In this document: positions 26,601-39,440 of the stretch, one piece after another
Position numbering within the stretch: the first letter of the stretch is position 1
Layout: every line of letters begins with the position of its first letter
Source of the DNA: Phaeosaccion multiseriatum
Lineage: Eukaryota; Protista; Ochrophyta, other classes
Assembly: GCA_965112735.1 (NCBI GenBank)
Contig: OZ218958.1
Coordinates: 1,178,001-1,242,000 of the forward strand
Reading direction: 5' to 3'
Length of the DNA stretch: 64,000 bases
Program-made: the position numbers and the translations under genes
The notes under the pieces: model-generated
What the model saw: the letters and a program-made list of their open reading frames with translations, nothing else
The model's database searches: none
Told to the model about the DNA's origin: nothing

Positions 26601-27575
26601 CCGGCGGGTGCGCAGCCCATCTTGAGGTTGAGCGCTTGCGTTGCCGTTACATAGATACGGTCTGTCAGAGGCGTGATCACCAGCCTGGCGTGGGGTAGAG
26701 AGGGAGGGTTAGGGGGGAGTTGAGGGCCGTTGGTTGGTTGGTTGGTTGGTTGGTTGGTTGGTTGGTTGGTTGGTAAGTGCTTTGGTTGCTTGGCTGGTTG
26801 ATTGATTGATTTGGTAGGTTTGGTTGGTTGATAGGTTGGTTGTTTAATGGGAAGGGGGAATGGGGAAGGGGGAATGGGTGAGATGTGGAGGGATTTAAGG
26901 GTTGAACGTTGAGGATGGCAGTGGATGGAGATGGGGAGGGCTGGGGTGGATGGGCTCTCTCCCTCAAGTGAAGAGCGTGTGAGTGTGAATGTGATGATGA
27001 CCAACCAACCAAACAACCAACCTCACCTCGGTCCATTGCCCAGATACTCGTAATCGTAGGGCAGGATGGCATCAGCAATAGCCACTTCTGCCCTCTCGTT
27101 GGCGGGGCCTCGAAGCTGAGGGTCACGGTTACGGAAGGAGCCCGTCGGGGGGGACTCACGCCACTTGTGCTTGAGCTGGAGGGGGAGGAGGAGGAGGAGG
27201 AGGAGGAGGAGGAGGAGGAGGAGGAGGAGGAGGAGGAGAAGGAGGAGGAGGAGGAGGAGGAGGAGGAGGAGGAGGAGGAGGAGGAGGAGGAGGAGGGGGG
27301 GGGGGGGGAGGGCGTGGAGGGGTGGGGGGAAGGGAGAAGGGACGAGAGGTCCAAGCAAGGAGGTGACCGTTAAGGGTGGTATGCTAGTGATGTATTCGTA
27401 CACCCACCCACACCCGCACCCACACGTACACACACGCACACGCACACACACACGCACACACACACGCACACGCACACACTCAAACACGCGCACACACAAG
27501 CACGCACGCATACACACACACGCACACACACACACACGCGCGCACACACACACGCACACACACGCACGCACACAC

Positions 27576-27634
<59 letters not shown>

Positions 27635-30600
27635 ACACGCACACACTTACTTGCGACTGCCATTGGAAAGCGGTGTACTCCGACACCTTCTCTCGGATCA
27701 TTTTGAGGACCACGTCTCTGCCGTGCGCATCCATGGTGATGCTCACCATGACTCTCGTTCGGTCTCCCTTAGTCAAATCGCCTGCAGTGTATACACGAGT
27801 ATGTCAATGAAGATAAGGATATGTCAATGTACGTAAGGGATACGTAAGGCAGTGGAGGATTGCTTCCTGTGGGTTGATGATTGGGTGGGGTACTAACTTC
27901 ACTGCCCCCCCCCAAGCAGCTCTAGTTAATTGACTTACTCGGCCAGCCCCATTCCTTGACTTAGACTACATACGTCATACGTTACCTTACCTTGAGTGAG
28001 GCGAATGAGGTCATTGAGCTGTTCAATCTGAAGCTCGTTGTACTCGTGCATGGCTTTGGCCTCGCCCTTGCCGATCTTCATAAACACTTCCTCCACTTCG
28101 TTGACATAGTTCACGGCCAACACCAGCAACATGATCTGGGGAGGGGGAAGGACGGAGGGAGGAAGATTGAGGTTTAGGGAGGGAGGGAAGGAGGGAGGGA
28201 GGGGAGCAGGTATAGAGAAGGTGATATATTGAGAGGGAGAGGGAGAGGGGTGATCCACATTCCTGACACACACACACACAAAGTACCGCCCTCCTTCCTG
28301 ACACCAGCTACTTCCTCCCTCCCTCCCTCCCTCCCTCCCTCCCTCCCTCCCTCCCTCCCTCCCTCCCTCCCTCCCTCCCTCCCTCCCTCCCTCCTTACCT
28401 GTGCTGGGTCGGAAGGCCTGCCGTTCTTGGAGTTCTTGTGCATGAGCCACTCGGGTCGGCGGAGCTCAAGGTAGCGCTTGAGAGAGCGCACGAGGTTGTT
28501 GAACAGAGCGATCTTGATGCCATCCAGCACGTCCTGTGCAGTTTGAGTTTGAGTGTGGGTTGGAGGTTGAGTGTGAGTGTGAGTTGGAGTTCACTTGCAG
28601 TTTGAGTTTTAGGAGGTAGGCAGGTAGGTGGGTAGGTAGGTAGGTGGGTGGGTAGGTAGGTAGGTAGGTAGGTAGGTAGGTGGGTGGGTAGGTGGGTTTT
28701 GCATTACCTGCATGTAGATCTCCACCTTGCCCTCCAGGGGTACTGCGGGGCGGGGGGGGGGAGGGAGGAGAGAATGGGACGGACGGTGACGGAACGGTTA
28801 CGGAATGGTTTTAAGGGGGAGAGGGTGGGAAGGCTATTGCTGTAACGCCAAGATTATGCCATTAAAAGGGGCAGCACCATCAAACAACCCAACAGTTAGA
28901 CGCATGATGCGCCTAACCCATAGACTGAAACTGAAACTAAATAGACGAGAACCAACCATCAAGAGACGACCAATAGACGACCAACCAACAGGCGACCAAC
29001 AGACGACCAACAGACGACCAACAGACGACCAACATGCCAAGGAAGGAGCGTACCTGGAGGCTCGAAGTCCACCTCCTCTGAGCCAACACCTGAGATGAGG
29101 CCTTGGGCGTAGGGCCGCCCGGTAGCGGTTTTGTTGTCGGTGAGGGTGAGCGTCTTGGTGGACAGGTACACCTTGGGGGTGTGGACTAGCACCTGAGGGA
29201 GGGAGGGAGGGAGGGAGAGAGGGAGGGAGGAAGGAAGGAAGGGAGGCCGGGAGGGAGGGAGGGAGGGAGGGAGGGAGGGTGGAAGGCAGACAGGGAGGCA
29301 GGGAGAGAGGGAGGGAGAAAGGGAGGGAGGCAGGGAGGGTGGGAAGGAAAGAAGAAGGGGGGAGGGAGGCAGGCATGGAGGGGGGGCAACGGAGGTAGGT
29401 AGGCAGGCAGGCAGGGAGGAAGGGACAGCGAGAGTGAGCGTCTTGATCAAGCGATACACTGAGAGGGGGTGTGGGCGAAGTGAACAGGCACTTGAACAGG
29501 CACTTGAACAGGCACTTCCCCTACCTTCTGAGGATCGGAACCGTTGGACAGAATGTCGAGCAGATCGGACTCCGAGACGAAGTAGTAGCGAGGGAACTGC
29601 CGACGGCGCCCGTCCAAGAAGTCCGCCAATGACTTCTTGCACATGTCCAGCTCCTCCTGTTTGGATTTGGGGGGTTGAATTGGGGGGGGGGGGGGGGTGG
29701 TCAGCCTTTGTTTTTTTAGCCTCTGTGTAGCACGTCCACCCGTGTATCCGAACCCCACGGTTGATGGTGGCCATGTGTGTGTGTGTGTGTGTGGGTGCGT
29801 GTGCGCTGAGCGCCGGCCATTCGCAGGCTTACGTAACATCTCGCCCCCCTGGATAGCAAAAGCGTTTCACCCCATATTTCCACCCCCACACCCCATCCAA
29901 TGCCATCCCCCCACCCATATACCTGTATGTTCTCAAGCTTGTCGTAGAAACCGTCCAAGTTGCAGCTGTCCTTGATGCTCTTGGTGTCCCAAAAGACCTT
30001 GAGGGTGTGCTTGACACTCGTGTCAATGCCCTGGAAGCGAAGGGCGTCCTCGGGCAGCTCGCGCTTCACTTCGTCGGAGTGAATGAAGAGCGGCTCTAGG
30101 TAAGACCAGGTGCGTTGGATCTCCTGCGGATGGGGAGGGAAGGAGGGAGGGAGGGAGTGGAGGGGGGAGAGAGGGAGAAAGGGGATGGGTGGGTGGGTGG
30201 GTGGGTGTGTATGTGATTGAGTGGAGTATGTGATGAGTGAGAGAGAGTGAGAGAGTGAGTAAGTGAGTGAGTGAGTGAGTGAGTGAGTGAGTGAGTGAAG
30301 TGAGGGAGTGGAGCGAGTAATTGAGTGAAGGACGTGAGTAAAGTGAGCAAGTGAGTGGGTGGGGGAGTGAGTGAAGTGAGCGAGTGAGTGAGTGAGTTAA
30401 GTGAGCGAGTGAGTGAGTGAGTGAGTGGAGTGAGTAGAGTGGGTGGGAGAGTGCGAAATGGAGAGTCTCGCACACCAGCGGCCCTTGTCATACCTGCAGG
30501 AGCGTGAACACGTCGCTGATGGTGGAGAGGTGTTTCTGCCAAGTAGTGACGGTCTCTTCGAATTGGGCAAGGTAGCGAGATGCCATCATGCCCTGTTGGT

Positions 30601-33600
30601 GATACAGAGGGAGGGAGGGAGGCGGTGAGTGGAGTGAAGGGGTCAGTGGAATGAATGGAGTGAGTGAGTCAGGAAGAGTGTAGACTGAGTGAGTGAGTGT
30701 GTGAGTGAGTAAAGTGGGTTAGGGCATGGAATTGAACCTCCCCTCCCCTCCCCTCCCCTACCGTACCGTACCTGCACAGTGAGTTGATCAGCTTCGAGCG
30801 CTTCAAAGTCCTCCTCCGCAATCTTGAGCAGAGTAACATCGGTGTCGTTGTAGAGATCCATCCCCCACTCAATGCTCTCCCATCTCTCAGTAAGTTGACC
30901 AAGTGTCACCTCCATCTTCTCCTCTTTCACAGACTGTTGGGGTGGACAGGAGGGTGGAGGGAGGGAGGGAGGGAGGGAGGAAGTGAAATTCAGGTCAGCG
31001 ACAACGTGAAAGGAAGAAGGAATGAATGGCCATGGAATTTCTTCACGGCGGAAGGAAAGAGCCCATCTACTCCAAGAAAGGCCTACACGCACGCACGCAC
31101 CAACCCACCCACCCACGCACCCACCCATCCACACCCGCACCCACACCCACCCACCCACCCACCCACCCACCAATCCAAGCATACCCACACCCACCCCCAC
31201 ACCCACCTGATCGCAAATCTCCTCCACGTCGCCGCTAAACTCGTGCAAGTTGAGTGCGAGCAATCCATCGAGCTTCATATCTGGGTCCTCATAAGGAGGG
31301 GTGAAGTCTTTGCCCGTGGCCTTTTGTAGCATCGTCCAGTGACGGTTTCGCATGGCCTTGTTGCCAAGCAAGGTGATCAAAGGAATGGTGTTGAGGAAGT
31401 CTTTGCAAAGCTTGTCGAGGGCTTTGTAGGAAGGGCTCCAGCGAGTGTCCTTGTGCAAGGCTTTGACGTTCTTCATTTGGTTTTTGGCGTCATCTTCGAG
31501 TGTCTCCGGCACCACTTCACTCCACAGCACCTCCTTACTCTCTGCAACAAGAGGGGAGGAAAGGGGGGGGGGAGAGGAGGAGGGGAGGGGGAGAGGGAGG
31601 GAGAGAGAGGGAGAGAGAGAGGGAGTGAGAGTGAGAAAGACATGAGGCAAAGGGTCAAAAGGGCCTAGAACTGAGCCTGCCGACCTGCCCATCCCCTCCC
31701 TCCCTCCCTCCCTCCCTCCCTCCCTCCCTCCCTCCCTCCCTCCCTCCCTCCCTCCCTCCCTCCCTCCCTCCCTCCCTCCCTCCCTCCCTCCCTTGCCCTT
31801 TCTGATGGACTTGAAGCCCTCACCTGCAATAAAGGTCTGGAGCTCTCCCGTGACCTCCCACACATTGTACATGTTGACACAGTTGGAGTCCATCGTCGCG
31901 ATGATACCCTCGCTCTTCTTGGTCATCTCGGGGAAGTCAAAGATGCTGCACAGATGGGCCTTCTCCACAAGCACCTGTTGCGGTTGGTGATACAGGGGGA
32001 AGGAAGGAGGGAGGGAGGGAGGGAGGGAGTAGGAGAAGGAGATCAGACACCGAGACGATGTAAAGGCGTATACGCAACACTGCCATCTCCTCCCCTTTCT
32101 CTGTTTGACACATCCTCTCACTCCATCCACTGCCATCCACTGCCATTTTCTTGCCTTTCTCTGCTTGACGAGGTCCTTCTGAGCATCTGCGAGGTCAGCA
32201 CGGGCGTCTTCGATAGATGTGGAGTCGCTCCAGAAGGCACGTTGCTTGAATGTCTCCAGGTAGCTAAGGAGGAGGAGAGGGAGGAGGAGGAGGAGGAGGA
32301 GGAGGAGGAGGAGGAGGAGGAGGAGGAGGAGGAGGAGGAGGAGGAGGAGGAGGAGGAGGAGGAGGAGGAGGAGGAGGAGGAGGAGGAGGAGGAGGAGGAG
32401 GAGGAGAGGGAGGAGACATGCACACACATACATACACACACAGAGGGTACCACAAGCAGGACATGCACACGGAATACGTTAGGTATAAGCCGAGTCAGAC
32501 TGAAGGTACAGTATGACGATCGGAAAGGAGGAAGCGAATCGAACGATAAGAGTGATTGAAAACAATTGGCAGAAGACTCGAGCGGGGTTTCGATCGGCGG
32601 CCGATCGGAGATCCATCGGAGGCCATCGGCGGCACCCACTTGCACGCAGTTCCAGCTCATTGACCTTGACATCGATATCGAACATTTCGATGATATTGAT
32701 GATATATCTCGACATCGACATTGACATATCGTCACCTCGATATACACGCACGCACCTGCAAACGCTCTTCTCATATGCCTCGGCCTCTGCCTCCGTTTTC
32801 TCGGACCAGTTGCGAGTGAGGGGCACCATGCTGCTCTCTGTGGGATGGCAGTGGATGGCAGTGAATGGCAGTGGATGGCAGTGGATGGCAATGGATGGCA
32901 GTGGATGGCAGTGGATGGCAGGGGGATGGCAGTGGATGGCAGTGGATGGCAGGGATGGCAGGGATGGCAGGGATGGCAGCAGGGGGTCAGTCAGGATTGG
33001 CATGAGCATGTGTGTGTGTGTGTACGTGTGCGTGCGTGTGTGTGTGTGTGTGTCTGTGTGTGTGCGTGTGTGTGTGTGTGTCTGTGTGTGTGTGTGTGGA
33101 TGTACGTGTGCGTGTGTGTACCGTACGCGAAGCGCGCGCGTTCTTTTTTCATATACTTATATACTTACCCGTCATGGGGGCCTGTCCTTGCGCATCCCTC
33201 CACACATTCGCGGCCGTGTCAAGCGCGTCAAGCATCTTATCCGCCGCCTTGTCTCCCTTCTTCTTCAGGAACGTCAGGGCGGCCTTGTTGCTGTCCACAC
33301 GCAAGTTCAACGAGTCTGCCTTTTCTGAAACGCCCCGAATGTGCTCCTTCGTGCGGATGAGCTCCTCTCGGTCGTCGGCAGGGACCTGTTATTCGTAAGG
33401 GAGTGGGAGTGGGGTGCGTGGGGTGTGGGGTTAGGGGGGAGGGGGGGGCGAGGAGGAGGAGGAGGAGGAGGAGGAGAAGGAGGAGGAGGAGGAGGAGGAG
33501 GAGGAGGAGGAGGAGAAGGAGGAGGAGGAGGAGGAGGAGGAGGAGGAGGAGGAGGAGGAGGAGGAGGAGGAGGAGAAGGAGGAGGAGGAGGAGGAGGAGG

Positions 33601-36600
33601 AGGAGGAGGAGGAGGAGGAGGAGGAGGAGGAGGAGGAGCAAGAGGAACGGAAACTGGGGAAGCACCGAAACTCACGTCCTTTTTAAGCCCCTTGAGAGTG
33701 TCTATGGAGTAATCCTTAAGGCTCTTTGTGGAGTCCTTGAGGTGAGCCATCATCAGAGGACCTGACAGCAGGTTCGCTTCAGGGGTGACCTTTTGGGGGG
33801 GAGGGAAGGAGGGAGGGAGGAAAGAAGGGAGGGAGAGAGGGAGAGAGGGGGGGAGAGGAGGGAGGGGAGGGAAGGGGGGGGAGGGAGGAGGAAGACAGGG
33901 AGGGGGTGGTGTAAGCGGAGACCAGCAGGCAGTCGAGCAGGAAGGCAAGGTTGAGGGAGGTGGGAAGAGAATGTGAGGGGAAAGCTTTCCACTATGCACT
34001 GCCCAATGTCGAAACGCTTCTTACCCCCTCCGCCCCCCGCTTCCTCTGTCCACTCCGTCCCCCACCTTTCCTCCTGTCCCTCCCCTCCCCACCCCTCCCA
34101 TTGCCCAAGGATACCCTTCGTACCCTAGCCCATCAGGCCCATAGTGGGCCCCAGTGACACACGCACACGCACTCACACACACTCACACACACACACTCAC
34201 ACACACACACACACACTTTCAGTTTCTTAGATGATTCCTATCAAGTCAAGAAATATACCCCCCAACAGCACACCCACCATTTTTTCTCTCGTTCGCTTAC
34301 GTAATATTTGGGAATAGCCAACGAAATTCAAACTCAAACAAACCTACCTCTGCTCCTTCCTCAGCGGTGCACACCGTGAACGGGCTGCCTCGTACGAGCC
34401 CGGCAATCCCCTGGAACGTTCCCAGGAACTCGACTTCGATCTCGTACTGCCCCGCCTCCTCTGCCGTGTATGTTACAAGATGCGTTCCGTTCATGTTGTC
34501 CACGAGCTCACAGGGCACTTGACTGTCGTCCGGAGGCTGTTCGGGCTCCTTCTTGGTGGGGATCCAGGCCTTCCACGCCGCACGTTTGCGGACATTGACG
34601 ACCTTGATGGTGAATTCGTCCCCGCCGCACACGCGGTCGTTGCCAAGCTGGTGGTGTTGTGGTGTTGTTTTGGTGTTTTGGTGTCGTGGTGGTGGTGGTG
34701 GTGTTGTTGCATTGCAAGGAGGTGGGGGAGGAGGAGGGGAAGGCCATGGAGGAGAAGGGGCAGGAGGAGGAGGAGGAGGAGGAGGAGGAGGAGGAGGAGG
34801 AGGAGGAGGAGGAGGAGGAGGAGGAGGAGGAGGAGGAGGAGGAGGAGGAGGAGGAGGAGAAGGAGGAGGAGGGGAGGAGGAGCAGGAGGAGAAGGAGGAG
34901 AAGGAGAAGGACGGGAGAGGGAGGAGAGTGAAATGCATGGAAGTAGGAGCAAGAAAGAACAGAAGAATATGAAGGGCCACTCCCCCCATCCCCATCCCTT
35001 TTCCTCCCTCCCTCCCTCCATAACTTCCTCCATCCCTCCATCACTTCCTCCCTCCGTCCCTCGCTCCTTCCCTCTCCTCTACTCACCTCCCCTCCCCTCT
35101 CCTCTACTCCCCTCTCCTCTCCTCTCTTCCCCTCCCCCCCCCTCCCTCCTCCCCTTCCCTCCTCTCCCCTCCCCTCCCCTCCTCTCCTCTCCCCTCCCCT
35201 CCCTCCTCCCCTCCTCACCTTATCCTTCGCCTGCACGACAAACTGCACGGGAATCCCGGCGGCAAAGCCATTGAGCAGTCCGGGTCCAAACGCGAGCGTC
35301 TTAGTGGCGTCGCACACGCTAAAGTAACTCCATGCTACCGTTGAGGTGGTGAGGTTCTTGGAGCCGATGCTTACCCGAACCTCGACATCCACAGGACCGA
35401 ACTTGTCGAAGGCCGGCGTCTCGAGAACGATCTCAGAGTCGCTCACCACCTGTGTGTGTGTGTTTGTCGAGACGAAAGGGGGAGGAGGAGGAGGAGGAGG
35501 AGGAGGAGGAGGAGGAGACGAGGAGAGGAAGATGGATATGAAGAAAAGAGGGGACAACAATAAAACACATCCGAACCAAGCGAGGGGAAGGAAGGGAGGA
35601 GCTGCAGAGGGAGGGACGCACGGCATGTAACTGTCGTGTAACTGTCGTGCTCGCGTGCTCACTTCTCTGTCCATGCTCCGTCGCCTCCACCTCCATCTTA
35701 TGCTTCTATGCCTGTAGGCTCATCCCTCTCCCCTCCTCTCCCCTCTTGTCCACTTCTCTCCACTTCTCTCCCCGAGCCTCCCCTTCTCTGCTAGCTGCTA
35801 GTGCTGCTGTCACACCCCCAACTGCTGCACCGTATCACCAACTGCTGCACCGTATCACCAACTCACCTCTGCTTGGGCCTCCAGAAAGCCCTTTGCGCAG
35901 GCAAAGCGTGTGGTGGCGCCTCCACTGATGCTTTTGAAGCCCATGCCGTGGATGGTGGCAGTGGTGGCTCCTGTGATGGGGCCTGACGCTGGCTCGATGC
36001 TGTCGATGTTGTAAGGGGGGCCTACGACATCGCCCACCTTGCACACTGAGAGGAGGAGGAGGAGGAGGAGGAGGAGGAGGAGGAGCAGGAGGAGGAGGAG
36101 GAGGAGGAGGAGGAGGAGGAGGAGGAGGAGGAGGAGGAGGAGGAGGAGGAAGAGGAGGAGGAGGAGGAGGAGGAGGAGGAGGAGGAGGAGGAGGAGGAGG
36201 GAGTTAGAGTTCCAGTAGAAGAGCTCCATAAAGAAAGGACTCTGTATTCCCTGTATTGACGTACTTACACATTCACTCATTTACTCACTCACTCATTCAC
36301 CCTCTCCCTCCCTCCTTTCCCCTCCTACTCACCGCACAGCTCTCCAAACCACTTGTTCGCCCACCCCCCGAAGAGGAGCAAGCGGCTGTTCTCAGCGTCG
36401 TAAATGAGAGGAGAGTCGCTTCGAGCCTCCACCGCCTCCCCCACTACCTTGGGACGGCTCCATGTGTTGGTTCCGGTGTCCAGCACACACTAGGGATGGC
36501 AGTAAAAGGGCAGAGAGAGAGAGAAAGAGAGAGAGGATGGCAGTAAATGGGCACAGAGAGAGAGAGAGGATGGCAGTGGACGAGTAGGGGAGGACAGGAG

Positions 36601-37340
36601 AATGAGAGAGAGGGGGATGGGGGGGGGGGGGAAGGAGGAGTGAGGTGAGTGCGTCTCTCCATCCCGAGCGTAACAGAGATGAATGTGAGGTGTGTACATC
36701 TCCCCCATCCCGTCCGTGCGTGTACTCACAAGGTCGTTGAGGAAGTCTCCCTGAGGGTTTCCGCCCTCCTGGAGGTTTCCGCAGTTCCCGCCAAAGACAA
36801 ACACCTTCCAGTGGGGCACGGCGAACACACCCACGGCAGAGTGGTTCCATCTGTGGAGGGAGGGAGGGAGGGAGGGAGGGAGTGCGTGCATGAGTGTGTG
36901 AGTGAGTGAGTGAGTGAGTGCGTGAGTGCGTGAGTGAGTGCGTGAGCCAGTGAGTGAGAGAGTGAGTTGGTGAAGGGGTGATTGCGTCAGTGAGTGAGTG
37001 AGTGAGTGAGTGAGTGTGTGAGTGAGTGAGTCAATGAGTGACTGAGAGAGTGAGTGACTGATTGAGTGAGTGAGTGAGTGGGGAGGAGGGATCCAATGTT
37101 TCACACACGATTGGCGCTGTCCTTTCGCCAGACCTCCGCTTCTCTTCACCTACCGAGGTGGTCCCCAGGCCTCCTGCCCGCAGCCAGTGTCGAGGCGGCT
37201 CCACATCCACTCCTGCGTGTCAAGCACGAAGAGATCGTCGAACTGCTGCACACTGTTCCAGCCACCGCACACATAAATGTTGTTCTTCACCTGCGGGGAG
37301 GGGAGAGGAACGGGGAGAAGGAGGGAGGGAGTGGGAGCGA

Positions 37341-37371
<31 letters not shown>

Positions 37372-38266
37372 GAAGAGAGGTCAGAGGAGGGCGAAGAAGG
37401 AGAGTTGAAAAGTGCAACCCGTATACGGCTTCACTCCTCCTCACTCAATCACCACCACCTGCTGATACCCACTCGGTTCAGGCCGCTCCCCCCACCTTCC
37501 CTCCCTTCCCTCCCCTTCCTCGCCCACGTCCTCCCCTCCCCTCCCTCCTGCCCTGCCTCTCCCGTCCCCTCCTCTCCTCTCTCTTCCCCCCACCCCCACT
37601 CTCCTCCCCCCCGCCTCTCCCGTCCCGTCCCCTCCCGTCCTTCTCACTCACCACCACCCCTTGGTGCCCACTCCTGGGGTCCGGCAGCTCCCCTTGTGCA
37701 TCCATGGCATTCCAATCCCATGTGTCCATGTCAAGCACGTAGAGGTCGTTGAAGTCACGTCGGGAGAAACCCGGTCCTCCGTAACCGCCGAACACCACCA
37801 GGCTGTTGCCGATTACACTGTCACGTGTGTGCGTGTGTGTGTGCGTGTATGTGCGTGTGCGTGTGTGTGTGTGCGTGTGTGTATGTGTGTGTATGTGTGT
37901 ATGTGTGTGCGTGTGTATGTGTGTGCGTGTATGTATGTGGTGCATGTGTATGTATGTGGGATATGATATGTGTGTGTATACATAGTACGTGTGTGTGTGG
38001 AGACGCCATTGCAAGTGTGTGTATGGTGGGCTTGTGAGCGGGATGATACACTGATACAATCTAGTAACGCGAGCATGAAGCGGATGTCATTGTCAGTCCA
38101 TCCGATCCGTCCGTCCGTCCGTCCATCCGTCCGTCCGTCCACCAGAGGGGGCAGAGACGGAGGCCAGGAGAGACGACAAGCTTGACATTGCCCCCCGTGA
38201 GGCCACGCCAGTGGATAGACACACTTCCCATTTCACTTCCTTGCGAGACCTCTTCGACAAACAATG

Positions 38267-38297
<31 letters not shown>

Positions 38298-38817
38298 GTA
38301 AGGGACACTTCTTCCACTTCCCCTCACCTCGCCGTATGGGCCCCTCGGGGAGCAGGGCAGCCCTTCCAGTCCTTCTTAAACACCACCCCGCCCCCCTCCT
38401 TGTCGTCCGTCAATCCTGCCTGCGGCTGGGACCACTTGTCGGTTGTGGTGTCAAGGATCCAGAGGTCGTTGTACCGTACGCTGCTGCTGAAGAAACCGCC
38501 AAAGAGGATGAGGTTGCTGCGGTTGTGTACGGCCATACTGTGGTGCCAGCGGGCGGCGGGACCGTTGCCAGTAACGCTGCGGGAGGTTGAGCGGGTATAT
38601 ATATACACAGACATTTAGAGGGAGAAAGAGAGAGAGAGGGGGGGGAGGGGAGAGAAGAGAAAGAGTTGTTTAGTTACTCAGTTCACGACGGTCTCACGCT
38701 ACCTTGTTTGGCCGTTCCACGACTCTATCTCTCTTCCTCCTATATCCGTCTCTCTCCACCTTCTCCCTCCTCTGTCCCTCCCCTTTTCTCCCCCCTTGCC
38801 TCTCTTCCTCCTCTTCC

Positions 38818-38889
<72 letters not shown>

Positions 38890-39440
38890 TCACCTCGGTA
38901 TCCGTGTCCAATAGAACTCATTGGGGTTGCTCATGTCAAGCTTGTACAGCTCATCCACTGGCCCTGGCGGCCGCTTGGCCCCCGGACATCCGCCAAAGAG
39001 GTAGCCCGTGGAGCCCACTACAGTGAAGGAGTGGCCACTGCGCTTTGTGGGGGTGTCGCCCATGCACTTGGGCTTATCCCACGCCATCTCAGGAGGAGTT
39101 TGCTGGGGCGTGAAAGAGAGGGGATCAGGGTGGGGGTGCGGCGGCAAAGGATCCACGGCATCGTTGTGTAAGGAAGGGCGGCTAGGCATGACGACGAAGC
39201 TTGGAGTAAGGAAGTGCGGCTAGGCATGACGAGAGGCAAGATATTGTGTAGAGAGGTCGCAGAGAGCCAGATTTCGTAGTAGCGTCATGGTGAGAGGCAA
39301 GAGAGTGTTTGGAGAGGACACGCGAGAGCCAGGCTTCCGCCCCTGTGACATGCCGTGCCAAGACCAGGCATGTCGAAAAAGTCGGCCCAGAACCCCCTCT
39401 ACCGCACTCCCGTCGTGTATTTTTCTTTGTGACTCACCAT
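7837..39440 (-). CDS. ODA11: Axonemal outer-arm dynein heavy chain, alpha type (Chlamydomonas ODA11/DHC13-like, Tetrahymena DYH5-like); ~56 exons, ~4,200 aa
   Basis: Exons splice in frame. P-loops GPAGTGKT (AAA1, ~26610/26220), GPPGAGKS (AAA2, ~23960/23520), GPAGTGKT (AAA3, ~20850), GVGGSGKQ (AAA4, ~17850). Signature motifs [80 protein letters not shown]-terminus [15 protein letters not shown]. Kelch/IPT/filamin N-terminus instead of the usual long tail. Confidence 0.93.
9228..9318 (-). repeat. (GTCA)n microsatellite starting exactly at a dynein 5' splice site
   Basis: GAG|gtcagtcagtcagt... on the minus strand; (GACT)n on the plus strand. Confidence 0.95.
10293..10748. repeat. Compound (CTCA)n + (CCCT)n microsatellite in a dynein intron
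   Basis: ~300 bp of CACT repeats followed by ~155 bp of CCCT repeats abutting the donor at 10749. Confidence 0.95.
18344..18735. repeat. 42-bp minisatellite, ~9.4 copies, intronic
   Basis: Unit CCCCTATCGTAGAGACACTATAGTCTAAATCAGGACCAAACA repeated head-to-tail with few substitutions and no spacers. Confidence 0.95.
19925..20200. repeat. Degenerate 7-bp (GGGGTAT)n satellite, intronic
   Basis: Runs of GGGGTAT/AGGGTAT, with an internally duplicated ~50-bp block. Confidence 0.9.
21096..21765. repeat. 35/38-bp minisatellite, ~18 copies, intronic
   Basis: Unit GCATGCATGCCC(CCC)ATATGCCTCCAAACCCAAGGCCA in tandem. Confidence 0.95.
34348..36046 (-). other. IPT/TIG domain followed by a filamin-type Ig domain in the dynein N-terminus
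   Basis: [24 protein letters not shown]...[19 protein letters not shown] fits [26 protein letters not shown]...[24 protein letters not shown]...VRGSPFTV fits the filamin repeat consensus. Confidence 0.8.
36333..39102 (-). other. Kelch beta-propeller region of the dynein heavy chain N-terminus (about six blades over exons 2-7)
   Basis: Repeated PxxRxxH...xxxFGG...xDLxxLD...W units: [67 protein letters not shown], and a sixth ending in LLFGG. Confidence 0.88.

Noticed and set aside
7837-39440. Introner-type mass intron insertion explaining the ~55 dynein introns
   Set aside because: The introns share repeat vocabulary but not end-to-end sequence similarity or terminal inverted repeats. Only one junction direct repeat was found.
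33169-39440. Kelch/filamin exons as a separate gene from the dynein
   Set aside because: The exons splice in phase with no stop into the dynein tail, and this fusion is the known alpha heavy-chain architecture.
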